A stretch of 64,000 nt of DNA from NCBI GenBank assembly GCA_012295275.1, contig CM022675.1, positions 7,192,001 through 7,256,000 of the forward strand, written 5' to 3'. Below are positions 28,643 to 42,410 of this stretch, in pieces. The stretch's first letter is position 1, and every line of letters begins with the position of its first letter. This stretch comes from Chrysomallon squamiferum (taxonomy: Eukaryota; Animalia; Mollusca). Below the pieces are notes generated by a model, which did no database searches, had not been told where the DNA came from, and worked only from the letters and a program-made list of their open reading frames with translations. The position numbers and the translations under genes are program-made.

Positions 28643-29068
28643 TATATCAACAACAATAATAATAATGATAATATAATAATAACAATAACAATAATAATAA
28701 TAGTAGTAATAATAATAATAATATATGCATATTAATGTGCATTTAATCATCTTTATTGGTTAAAAAAAATCTTTTATTAAATCTAAAAATAAAATTTAGA
28801 CCATCATTGTTTGTTTTTATCTATTTTTTACTCATTATTAATAGCCCCTCTTAGTAATATTTTAAAACAACAAAACAAACAAAAGCATTGTGTAAAAAAA
28901 AACTAAAGAGATCTCTTGAAAATACAAAAGATAAACGATTTGTATCAGTTTGAAAGTTCACTTCATTGTTTTGTACAAAATTATCTCATCACTAGCAATA
29001 TCCTTCCTCTGTTAGCAAAAACTGAAATACCACCAGTGTAATGTGATATACGTTTTGTATATCACAGC

Positions 29069-29119
<51 letters not shown>

Positions 29120-29259
29120 TTTGTATGTATGTATGTTTGTCTGTGTGTGTGTGTGTGTGTTTTGAGTGTGTGTGTGCATGTTTGAGTGTGTGTGTGTGCA
29201 TGTTTGTCTGTGTATATGAGTTAATCTGTGTGTTTCTGTGTGTGTATGTTCATATGTAT

Positions 29260-29290
<31 letters not shown>

Positions 29291-29449
29291 TTGTGAATTT
29301 GTTTGTGAGGGTATATTTCAATTGATATACATTATATATACATGTATGTATGTGTGTATTTAGGCCTAAATATAAATGTGTGTATGTGTTATCTGTATCA
29401 GTGTGTGTGAATATATGAATATGTTTCTGTATTAGTCTGTGTGTATTTC

Positions 29450-29900
29450 TTTAAACAGAATCTTTATTTTATGTAAATTATTATTTTTTTAAATGAATCT
29501 ATATTTTATTTATGTAAATTATTTTAAAAACACAGAATCTATATCTTATTTATATAAATTACTTTCTTTAAAAATAGAATCTGTTTTATTTGTGTAATTT
29601 TATAAAAAAAACAAAAAAACAACAGAATATATTTTCTTTATATAAATTAAAAAAAACAAAACAACAAACAACATATTTTATTTATCTAAAATTTAAAAAC
29701 AGAATCTATGTCTTATTTATATAAATCATTTTCTTTAAAAAAAAAATAATCTCTATTTTATTTCTGTAAATTTAAAAAATAAAATAAACAGAATATATAT
29801 TTTATTTATGTAAAATTTAAAAACGCAATCTATATACTTTATTTTTGTAAAATTTTTTACCAAACACAATCTATATCTCATTTATACAAATTATTATTTA
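29450..29900. repeat. Degenerate AT-rich tandem repeat (AAACAGAATCTATATTTTATTTATGTAAATT core)
   Basis: About 9 copies with 40-60 bp period. Confidence 0.75.
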
Positions 29901-30192
29901 TTCTTTCACATCATAATCTTACAGTCACACTCCAATACTACACAGAAATAAAGAAATATCGATCGTATGTCACCCTAGCACGTCACATATGTAAATATAA
30001 TCTCCTGCATTAGACTGCCAGCATCTGAACACATGCTACAGAAAATAATAAAACGAGAAATCAACAAATAAAGATCTCAGTGTAAAGTGTTACCTGTCTG
30101 ATTGTATCACATCGCAGCAGCTTGCGAGAGGGACATACACACCAGCCTTGGTACGATATTGGTTTGTATTGCATAGGTAGTGATGAATATAT

Positions 30193-30240
<48 letters not shown>

Positions 30241-31009
30241 TATGTAGGTATGTACATATTTATATATGTATGTATGTGTGTGTATATAATATAGTTATAT
30301 ATGTGATATATATATGTATGCATATATATAATTAGTGATAAATATATTTTATACTATAAATATGCTGCATATAAAATGACAAATATAATACATATATAGT
30401 GATACATATTTTACAAATATATTTGTATGTGTGTATGTATATGTGTGTGTTTATATATAGTTATATACAGCTGTTTTTCTAATTAATCCAACATTATAAT
30501 TCATATGTATATATGTCTGTGTATGTATTTATATCTGTGTATATATGTATGTATGTGTGTGTGTGTCTGTGTAGGTGTGTGTGTATGTGTGTGCATGTAT
30601 ATTAATAAACTGACTATAATTCATATATACATATATATATATATAAAAATATGCAGTATAGTTAAAACATATTCAAGAATACATAATGTAAACCACATAT
30701 AAATAGAGAATATATATTTCACACGTACCAATCAATATACAATATATGTCACACACATATATAAGTACACAATATAGATAACATGTGCTCATAATATATA
30801 TCAGACATACTTGTAAATATTCAGATACTTAGATAAAATGTGTAACACACCCACACACTTGAATATGTACATAAATTACACACACACAAGTAAATGCACA
30901 GAAAAACAAGAATATTAATTTTACATTGAAAACTGAACCCCAAAGTGAAAGGAGTATTATAATGTAAAAACTGTTGTTGTCTTTATCATACTCTCTCTCT
31001 CTCTCTCTC

Positions 31010-31100
<91 letters not shown>

Positions 31101-31343
31101 ACCCACAAAACCATTCACACACAACATTTATCTAGCTCTCTTTTTATTCTCACACACAGACAAATACTGTTTCAGAGAACGAGAAAGAAACACAGAGATA
31201 CAGACACACACAGACAGTACTGTTCATTTTTTAGTGAATCCAGAGATATTAACTCTATAATAAGTATCTCTTTTTCTTCTTCTTCTTCTCTCTTTGTATC
31301 TCTCTTTCCCTCTCTCTCTCCCTTCCATTCTTTTCAATGTCAC

Positions 31344-31384
<41 letters not shown>

Positions 31385-31552
31385 CTCTTTCTTTCTCCCT
31401 CCCTCCCTCTCATACTCTTTCCTTTCTTCATTTCACTGTCATTGTCTCTCTCTCTTCCTCTCTCACTCATCCTCATTCTCTCCTTCTCCCTCTTTCTCTC
31501 TATAATTTATCATTATTACTTTTAAAAATTAATTCCATGTTTAGTAAAAATG

Positions 31553-31622
<70 letters not shown>

Positions 31623-31935
31623 CTCTCTCCTCTCTTTATCCTCATCTTCCTCTTACTGTCATTGTCTCTCTCTCCTTCATTCTTTCTGTCTGTCATCCTC
31701 TCTCTCTGTCCTTCCCTTCCTCTCAGTGTATCTTTCTCTCTCTCTCTCTCTCCCTCCTATCTCTTCCACACACACACACACACACACACAGTCACAAACA
31801 CACACACACACACTCAACAAAAACAACAACAAAAAAAAAAACCAGAGACACTACATGATACACTCACTCACACACACAAACCACCGACTGTTCATTTTAC
31901 ACTATAAGCATTAACAAAAACGAAAAAAAACACAC

Positions 31936-31974
<39 letters not shown>

Positions 31975-31999
31975 CAGACTACAACCATTCAAAGCATAT

Positions 32000-32573
32000 C
32001 AACCGGCTGCCCTCTTTACAAAGCAATCACCAGACAGCCAGTCCAATCACCTGTGACCTGATGGCGTGGCCAGGGGAATCGTGGGTATTCCTATCGACCA
32101 ATCAACACCAGCTACACAAAACTTAGCAGCAACAGTGCCTCGATTTGCTGTTAACCACTCAAGTCACACCCCAGTGAATCTGTTTGTGTGTGTGTGTGGC
32201 TTTTTTTTTTCTTCTTCTCCTTCTCTCTCCTAGTACAGGAGAGCTGAACACAGAGGGAGTGTAAGCAAGCAACAAATGGATAGATAATGTTATTGTTTTG
32301 TTGCTTGTTCGCTGGATATAAAGAGTTAACAATTCATAACGTGGCATATTTTTCCGTATCTCACACTTGTGTGATTTGTGTTGTTGTTTAAAAAAAAAAA
32401 AAAAAAACATTTTATAACAAGAATTATATCAATTTTTTTTTTTTTAAATATTTTTTTTTTTCCTTTATTCTGTTACTATTGGGAAGTCTTACTTACTACC
32501 TTAACCTGTTGGATTTTAACTGTTGTACTGCAGATCGGATTTAAGGTATGGATACTAGGAAAAGTGCAGAAAG
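32000..32573 (+). promoter_or_regulatory. Candidate CCAAT promoter and first exon
   Basis: CpG-containing island with CCAATCA at about 32043 and 32099 (GCAATCA at about 32023), followed by UTR-like sequence and two donor-like sites, AAG|GTATGG (32545/6) and AAG|GTAAAG (32573/4). Confidence 0.4.
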
Positions 32574-32790
32574 GTAAAGGTGTGTATAATTAACTTTTTA
32601 TTTTTATTTTTGTTTTCATTTTTTATTTTTTATTTTTTTATTTGTTTTCACCTTTGGTAGATAATGTTTATAGCATGTGCCTGTTAGTTGTAGTAAAGAT
32701 AAAAATGATGTCACTAGGCAAGCAGGTGAAGAGTTATTATTATTTTTTTTTTTTTTTTTTGAACTCTAGACTGTTTGATCAGGGGGACAG

Positions 32791-33400
32791 ACCTAACCTT
32801 GGTTTGTTGTGTGCTGTTTATAAATTTATTATCTTGCTCTTTCTCCAATTAAAAAAAAAAACATTTAGATTTTGAAAATAATTTTTTTAGGATGTATTAC
32901 AAACTCAGGTACACACATGAAGATAAACATACACTCATACATGCACACATACACACCCACACACACATACACACACACACGTAATATTACCAATAGTTGT
33001 TAAACAAACTGTGTATTTAATGCCCCACGATTAATTATTGTCACATACCTAACACTGGTTTGTTGTGTGCATTTGATACTGATTTAAAAAAAAAAATTAC
33101 TGTCGTGCTATGGATCAATAGATAAGATGATAAATAGTGTGACAAAACCTAACATTGGTTTGTTGTGCTCTTCAGTTTCAAATTTCTTAAATAATATTTA
33201 AATATATTACATACCAATTATTTATATTTAATATGACATGACATGTGCTGTGGAAAAACCTAACATTGGTTTGTTGTGTACCACTGATTTGCAATTTAGT
33301 GTTTAACTACTTAAAAATGTCACTCTTGAAATTTAGCATTTGTGTTAAACATGAAAGTATTAATAATATTGTAACAAACATAACTTGAGTTTGTTATGTT
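32791..33400. repeat. Interspaced 22-24-bp repeat ACCTAACAYTGGTTTGTTGTGT
   Basis: Copies at 32791, 33047, 33147, 33258 and a degenerate copy at 33378. Confidence 0.8.
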
Positions 33401-33871
33401 ATTATTGTTTTAGTGTTTATAATAATGATTGTTGTTATTGTTATTGTTATTGTTGTTGTTGTTTGTTGTTGTTATTATTATTTAATAAATAATAAAAAAA
33501 TAGGTCATATTCAGTACATAAGTACTCAACAAAAGGTTATCTTTGTTTTTATTCCACAACAAACCAAAGTTAAATTTGTCATATGGTGCTTTTTATGCTG
33601 TCATATTAAAGGAAAATTAAAAAAATACAATACTGTAAAAAAATAAATAATATCTCTCATTTGTTTTTTTCTCTCTCTTTCTCTGTGTGTATCTCTCTAT
33701 GTCTGTCTGTCTCTCTGTCTATCTATCTGTTTGCACCCTTCTTTCTTTCTCTTTCATTGCATTATCTCTTTCTTTCCTTCCTTCTCTTGTGTTCTCTCTC
33801 TTTCTATCTTACACACACACATACACACATTAAAATATACACACATAACAGACACACATCTATACACACAA

Positions 33872-33902
<31 letters not shown>

Positions 33903-36012
33903 CATACAGACACACACACAAAGAGCTTTCTAGGCATCATTTTGCTTTGAGCACATATTTCTATATAACTAATTATCTATTCAATTTAATTATTATGTCT
34001 TTGGAGCCACAGTTCCTGCAGAATTTAAATAAGTTATTTCGACAATGCTGTGCTGTGATTGACAAAAGCAGCCATGTTGGACAAAGAAATTGATTCCAGA
34101 GATAAACTGAAAATATTTATCTTTGGTTCTCTTCAGTTTGATAAAATGGATGTGATTATTTTAGTTTGTTGTGAGCATTTGGTGGGTTTTGTGGTGTGTT
34201 TTTTTTTTTTTTTTGTGAGATGTCTGTCTGTATTGAGAAATTAAAATAATTTCTGAATTTAATAAATTTAAAAAAAACAAACAAAAAAAACAGGAGTATA
34301 TCTTACCAATGTAATGTTATTTTTGTCTTGTTTTGTTTAAAGAAATCTTTGTTTATTGAGAAAATGTAATAATAATAATAATAATGATAATAATAATAAT
34401 AATAACAATAACAATAACAATGATAATAATAATAATAATAATAATAATTAATGATAATAATAATTTATGACGATGATGATAATTATAATGATGATGTCAA
34501 TTATCATAAAAAGCTATGAAAGATCTTTAAGAAAAAAAATATCTTCCTTTAAATCTACATTTATTTAGAAATAAACATCTTTAATATAAATAAATAAACA
34601 AACAAACAAACAAACAAACAAATAATTAAATTAATTTATATGTAATTTCTTCTATGAAACCTATGTTTTTTAAAAATGGATATATAATTTTTGTTTATTA
34701 ATAATATGTGTATGTCTGTGTGTGTGTGTGTGTTTGCATGTGTGTGTGTGTGTGTGTGTATGTGCAAAAGAAATAAGGAAAAGACTATGAAAGGTCATTT
34801 GTGTCATAACGTCATCTACAAAATTAACACATATTAATACAACAGTAATTCACTTCCTGATATAATAAATGAAAACTATGGCAGGTCAGTTACGTCATAA
34901 TTTCTTCTAGGAAATTCGACCTGCAGTGAGAAAAATTTGAATGTAGTATCTTCCTGGTTTAGTATTGTGTGTATATGTCAGGCATAAGGAGATACAGGAT
35001 ATGTAAAAAGTGTTTTGACATTTTCCTTTTTACTCTGTTGGAAAATTTATGATAAGATTAATTTTTCTTGTTTTCTATTTCATCTGTGAAATCAAAGAAT
35101 AAACATTTTCAGGCTTTTAACAAAAGTGTTTTTTTTTTTTGGGGTGGGGGAGGTTTTTAAAAGTGATAGTTATAAATTTTTGTGATGGAAAAAAAAGAAG
35201 AAGAAGAAAGATGTTGTTATTATTATTGTTGTCTTTTATTTTGTTTTAATTCTTTCTTTCTTTCTCCTTCTTTCTCCTTCTGTCTTTCCCTGACTCTCTC
35301 TCTCATTCTCTCTGCCTCCCTTTTTCATCTTCTTTCTCTCTTCTTTCATTCCTCTGTCTCTTTTTTGTCATCTTCTGTTTCTTCTAGTTATTATTATCAT
35401 CATCATCATCATCATCATCATCATTATTATTATTACTGTTGTTGTAATTATTGTTAATATTTTATTCATGAATAATTACAACCATTCCATTCATGAATAT
35501 TTTTACAATTACATTTTCATGAAAAATTTACAACAGTTGCATTCATGAAAAACTAACAACTATTTTATTCATGACTATTGTACACTTATTTATTCATGAT
35601 ATATACTGACATTTACAGTTATTCACGATACAGAAACCATTCTATTCATCATCAAAAAAAAAAAAGCACATAAAACCATTTTGTTCATAAAAAATTTACA
35701 ACTGTTTTATATTTTATTCGTGAATAATCTACAACTAATCTGTTCTTGGATGATTTCTCTCTTGCGCCATAAGTTAAAGTCATTAGCAAAGCCCAGACTA
35801 GAAATGTTTATTTTTATTTCCCTTGACACACACACAAACATCAACAGTGTTCAAACTTGAGTAAATTTGTGATGACTACATCACTTATCTTCTGTCTACA
35901 TCAATTTATCTTCAGCGTCTTCATTCATCAATATGAGACAGTGCCGGCAAAATTTTGCCTCACTCACACACGTAACTCAAGTTGCTTTCCATTTTGAGTA
36001 AGCTTGCTCAGT

Positions 36013-36392
36013 GGTTGCCACAAATATTGCCACATGCTGTAAATTGCTCAAAAGTTGCCAGAAATATTGCCACATACAGTAAATTATCAAAAGTTGCCAC
36101 AAATATTGCTACACATTGTAAACTGCTCAAATATTGCCACGTACAGTAAATTACTCACTAGTTGCCACAAATATTGCCACATACAGTAAATTGCTCAAAA
36201 GTTACCACAAATATTGCCACATACAGTAAATTACTCAAAAGCGGCCACATATATTGCTACACACTGTAAATTACTCAGTAATTGCCACAAATATTACCAG
36301 CATACTGTAAATTACTCTAAAGTTGTCACAAATATTACTGCACATTGTATAAAATATTGCCACAATATTGCCACAAATATTGCCACATGTTG
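36013..36392. repeat. 40-bp minisatellite (GTTGCCACAAATATTGCCACATACAGTAAATTACTCAAAA)
   Basis: About 9 tandem copies, some truncated. Confidence 0.95.
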
Positions 36393-37427
36393 TTAATAAG
36401 ATTATATCTCCTGTTGTTGCAAATGAGAGTAGTCACTTAGTCATTATGAATAAGCTTAATTAAAGTTTACTCCTTATTTCCTTAAACACCTGGGTACCAC
36501 ATGAGAAAAATCAGCTTATTTCTCACCTGTTTCTGTTTGATACAGGTAACTTTTTACAGCTCATATTTCAACCATCTGGTTTCTATTTTCACCCTTTTTT
36601 TTTCCCTCTCCATTCAGGTGTGACTGTTTCACCTGCATTCAAATCGGTTTCCTGTATTTGTGTTTACCTTTCAAACCGGAATTCTTCAATCGGAAACTTT
36701 TTTTTTTTTTTTTTTTTTTATATCATTCATATTATTTATAAGACGTTTTTATTTTTGGTTATACTTTGATTCATCTTTGTCTTGCTTTCTAATGAACTGG
36801 GATTTAAAAAAAAAAAGAAATTTTCATTGAAGATAAAAGTGTGAGATTAACATCAGAGGTGCATGTATATATTTTTTAAAATAATCTAACAATTTTCAGG
36901 TATTTTATTTCTAAAAGAATATGCATGAATAGACTGAGCAGAGATTGAAAAGAATTGATCTTTCTCTTTTTTTTTCTTTTCTTTTTTTTATATAAAACAT
37001 TCTATCTTTGGAATCCTTTTGTTGAGGATTTTTTTTTTTTTGTGTGTGTGTCTCTGTGTTTAAGGAAATAAGGAGTGTTGGTTGGATTATTTCTCGTACC
37101 TTTGCTTACCTGACAGGTAAGAGACGTACAGGTATGTTGTTGTGTCTATTGAACTTGATTACTGTCATCAGGTGAAATATATCTGTCCTTAGGCAAATTG
37201 CTATTTCAATGTTGTCCGTTTTAGTTTTCACCTGATATTTATTTATTAAATTGTTTTTATTTATTTGGTTTAGTTTTGGTTTTATTATTTTTTTAAATTG
37301 TATTTTAGATAGTAAAATGCAAACAGACAGACAGACAGACATATATAGTTCTGTATCATTAAAGCTTATTGTTTCAGTTTAAATTAAAGCTTAGTATTTA
37401 TATTCATTTTTTGTTTTCCTGCCTTTG

Positions 37428-37481
<54 letters not shown>

Positions 37482-37770
37482 ATTTTATTGCTCTTTTTCT
37501 CTCTCTCATATTTTCTTTTTATATTTTCCTGTATTTTTTCTGTATCTATCCTTGTATCTGTTTCTGTCTTTGTCTTTCCTTCTTTCACTAATTTCCACTC
37601 TTTCTTTCTCTCTCTCTCTCTGTCTATATATCTCACTTTCTTTTCTTCTCTTTCTCCCTACTTTTCTATATATCTTTCAATTTCTGTCTTTCTTTCTTTC
37701 TTTCTCTCACTTTCTCTTTTTCTCTCTATCACTCTATATTTCTCTCTTCACTTTCTTTCTTTCTTTCTCT

Positions 37771-37833
<63 letters not shown>

Positions 37834-38296
37834 CTTACACAGTGTCTGTAATTCAATAGATGACACAAATAAAAACATTATATTAATATAAAAATAATCA
37901 CAACAACAACTTTTATATATAATAATCTTAATAATTGTTATAATGATGATAATGATTATAACAATAATAACAATAACAATAAGAATAACAAAAGCCAACA
38001 GTAATTAAAACAAGAAAATCACCCAGGTATGTAATCACCTACAATTGGCAATGATCGGACTATTTACAGGTACATCAACAATTTCAGGTATGTCGTGTGC
38101 ACCTTGTTACACCTGATGTTACCTGTAATATAAACGAACGTTATATATGAGAGGTCAATAACACTAAAAGTGTTCACTAAGAGATAGCAAAAACAGCAGG
38201 GAGCAATGTCAAGTTTGGCAAAATAAACCTTAAACAGTGATTAGTAATGCAGTGACAGGAATTAAAGATTAAGTGGTGTGTTTGTGGTGTAGGGGA

Positions 38297-38398
<102 letters not shown>

Positions 38399-39813
38399 AA
38401 CAAACACAAAAAGATAGAAAGAGACAAACAGAGAGGGACTGAAAGAGAAAAAGAAAGAGACAGAGATATTCAGAGAAAGGCTGAGGTAAAAGAGAGAGAC
38501 AAAAAAGAGAGAGAGAGAGACAAAGAGAGGTAGAAAAAGAGACACACAGAGAGAGAGAAAGAAAGAGACAGAGAGAGACAAAGAGATGGACAGAGATAGA
38601 AAAGAAAGAGAAAGATAGAAAGAGATGGACAGAAAACAAGAGACAGAGGGATAGAGAGAGACAAAGGGATAGAGAGACAGAAGTAGTGAAAGGAATGAAC
38701 AAGAGAGACAAAAACAGGGATAAAGAAAGAAGAAAATAAGTCTGATATAAAAGGAGAGAGACAGAAAGAGAGAAAGAATAAGTCATTACAAAGGATCCAG
38801 CAATAGAGAGAAAGCAGAAGTGAGAAAAGGAAGTTGAGAGAGGGATAGACAGAAAGAAAAAGAGAGATAAAGAAATAAGGAAGTAAAAGAAAATTACAAG
38901 AACAAAAGAGGAACACAGAAGGAGAAAAAAGAGAAAAAAAACCAAACAACAATACTACAATATTGCAAAATGGACAGAAAACAAACACACAGACACACAG
39001 ACACACAGACTCACTGTAATGACCGACCACTGAACATATTTTCATTTGTTCTGGTCAATCCTTTATCTGTTGCATTCACACAAACATGCAGTCATCAAGT
39101 CTTTAACCTTATTTACATAACCAGTGATGACCACTGGTCATTCTTTGTCCACTTGGCGTGGAGTGGGCAATAACATCTTAATTATCTTCCTGTCAGATAA
39201 TAACATATGGCGTTGCATAACAGGATTATTGCATTCTTGGCTATCGCACCTCTCCCAGTATTAACATTTCAGACATTTTTCTTTAGCCCAAACAAATTTT
39301 CGTAATCTCTATGGTATGTGGTACCCTGCAAATCTGCATACACCATTCAGATTAAAAACTGTTTGTGTGTGTGGACTAAAAATGAATTATGTTATTTAAA
39401 AAATTTTAAATTTAAAAAAAAAAATGTTTTAAATCAATAGTTTGGAGTATGCATGCTCTCTGACCTCTGACCTTTTTGGCAGTTTGCAATTTTAAATTTT
39501 AAATTTTAAACTTTTTTTATTTTTTTTTGGAAGTGTTTAGAAGGTATTTTTTTTATTAATGATAATTGTTGTGGTATTGTTTTGAAAGTAACAGCAAACA
39601 AAGAATTTAATTAAATTTAAATAAAGTAATTAAAATGAAATTAAATGTATAACAGACCTAATAATAGTGATAATAATTACAATGATGTTGATAATGATAA
39701 TGATATTAAATAATAATGATGATGATGATGATGATAATGATTATGATAATAATATAATAATAATAATAATGTAACTAATAATAATAAGAACAATAATAAG
39801 AAAAAATAACAAC

Positions 39814-39858
<45 letters not shown>

Positions 39859-40198
39859 CATAATAATAAGAAAAAAATAAAAAATAAAATAAAATAAAAT
39901 AAAATAAAATAAAATGAACTATACCATACTAGACATGACAAAAAATGACAATTTATTTTTAAACAGACAAAAAACATGTTATCTTGAAATAAAAAAATGA
40001 TTCACCACTTACATAAAATACAAAACATTCTATTAAAAAAACAAAAACGTGACTTGTTTTCAAACAACTGCTCATTTTGAGGTTAAAGTAACAACAATGC
40101 TGAGGTTGTAATAGCCATTCTGAGGTTAGAGGAGTCAGCAGAGATTTCTGAAGTTATTTTGAGGTTATAACATAGTTGTAGTAGCAGTGTCTTCTTTA

Positions 40199-40208
40199 TT
40201 GACGTCAA
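40199..40208. promoter_or_regulatory. Full palindromic CRE (TTGACGTCAA)
   Basis: TGACGTCA at 40200-40207, about 2 kb upstream of the large exon. Confidence 0.3.
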
Positions 40209-40311
40209 GGCCGATGTCCCATCATAAAAACCGTTGGTGGTCTAATAACATTCTCATTCTGTCACTGAACTTGTTTTGTGGTGTATTAATTTAACACGGT
40301 TACAAAGTTAA

Positions 40312-40905
40312 TGGTAGGTGCTGTTCTGTTTAATAACATGAAAAGAACAAGTAAAAGATTATTTGTTTCTGAAATATGACTGAAATCTTACTAGTAAGTG
40401 CTGTTCTGTTATATAATATGAAAAGAACAAGTAAAAGAAGGCTTGCTGTTGAAATACTACTTAAATCTTACTGGTATGTGCTGTAATGCTACATAATATA
40501 AAAGTACAAATAAAAGTTAACTTGCTGTTGAAATATTACTTAAATCTTTCTGGTACACGATGTCCTATTATATAATATGACAGTACAAGTAAAAGATAAC
40601 TTGATTTTGAAATATTATTGAAACCTTGCTGGTATATGCTGTTCTGCTATATAATATGAAACATCAAGTAAAAGATTATTTGCTGTTAATATTAATGAAA
40701 TTTCTTGTTTTATGAATTAGCAAACAAAAGATTATATACTGTTGATATATAACTTAATGGTATGTGTTATACTGTTATATAGTATGAAATAACAGGTATA
40801 AGGAGGGTAATGAAAAGCTATAAATAAAAAGTTGCTGGTATGTAATGTCCTGTTTTGTAAAATGTGATTATTCAAAAAAAAAAAAGATGCCTTGCTGTTG
40901 AAAAT
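40312..40905. repeat. ~79-bp tandem repeat
   Basis: GGTATGTGCTGTTCTGTTATATAATATGAAAAGAACAAGTAAAAGA...GAAATA...AAATCTTACT-like units at about 40313, 40392, 40472, 40551 and 40630, then decaying. Confidence 0.9.
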
Positions 40906-41358
40906 AAACAAATTATTATGTGACAGTATCAAATCAACTTTTCACAGGAGCAAAAAAAAAAAAAAAAAGAAAAACAAAAAAAAAGATTCTTCTTCCTTTG
41001 ATGTTTAGTTCAAAACTTTCTCTTTTTTCTTTTTTACCCTTTTCATCTTTTCAAAGTACTGTTTTTTATGGTAACTCTTGATACTGTATATATACATTTC
41101 ATACACCTTGACAGAACCTGAGGTGTTTCGTTTTGTGAATGTCAGAGGTCATAATTCAGGTGTTTTGTTAGGTATCAGGTATGTTTTGTATGTAAAGTAA
41201 GTAGATTGTGGAGTGGACAGTTAAATATTAAAAGTAGGTCGCACGTTTTCGTCTGTATATGAATTTGTTGTAGATTCTGGGTCAAGAGTTTTTTTAATGT
41301 TTACAGTGAAAATGAAAGGAGAAAAAAAAATATTCTAGAATTATTTGTGAAAATTTTG

Positions 41359-41396
<38 letters not shown>

Positions 41397-41593
41397 TTGT
41401 GTGTATGTTAGTGTATGTATGTGTTGTGAGTGTGTTTATGTCAGTGTGTATGTATACATGTGTTTGTATGGGTGAGTGTGTCTGAATGTGTGTGTGTGTG
41501 TATATGTGTTTGTATATGTGTTTGTATATGTATGTGTTGTAAGTGTGTGTATGTCAGTGTGTGTATGTATACATGTGTTTGTATATGTATATG

Positions 41594-41642
<49 letters not shown>

Positions 41643-42007
41643 GTTTGTATGTATTTATACCTGGATAAAAGTTAAGCACCTGTGTGAGATAATGAATTAT
41701 AATTATAAGTAATTACAACCTGGATAAAAGTTAAACACCTGAATGGTTTTCTGTAGAAATAATGTGACCATTCATGTATGTGTATAAATATATTTGTTTC
41801 AAGTGGATGTATGTGTGTGTGTGCATGTGTATGTGTGTATGTGTGTGTGTGTGTGTGTGTATTTCAGAGAGAAAGACAGAAAAAAGATGAATAATAATAA
41901 AAATAATAATAAATAGAATAATTGATTGAAAATTAAAATGTTGAAAAGTATATCTGTATGAAAAGTAATTATTATTTATTTTTTTGTTTTTGTTTTGGTT
42001 ATATTAA

Positions 42008-42042
<35 letters not shown>

Positions 42043-42281
42043 AATAAATAAATAAATAAATAAACAAACAAACAAACAAACAAACAAACAAACAAACAAA
42101 CAAACACAAATAAATAAACAGAAACAGATAGACAAAGAGATAGTGACAGAGTAAAATATTTCAAAAATGTTATATCCTGTTCAACAAACACACATACATC
42201 ACCCTACCCACATTTTTTTTACTCTTTTTTTCATTTTTTTTAATTTAATTTAATTTAATATTTATTTTATTTGTTTTCCAG

Positions 42282-42410
42282 CTCCTCCTCTGTAATCATT
42301 AATGGATTTGGAAATTCCTTCCACCCAAAAAAAGGAAACGAGAGAAATTTTATTACCCACACTAAGCCCCAGGGCAACTGACAGCATTCCACGTGTGATA
42401 TAAAATCACC
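42282..42410 (+). other. 5' UTR part of the large exon, with an upstream ORF at 42302-42403
   Basis: Polypyrimidine tract and acceptor ttattttatttgttttccAG end at 42281. An out-of-frame ATG at 42302 gives a 33-codon ORF ending at TAA 42401-42403, just before the main ATG. Confidence 0.55.
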
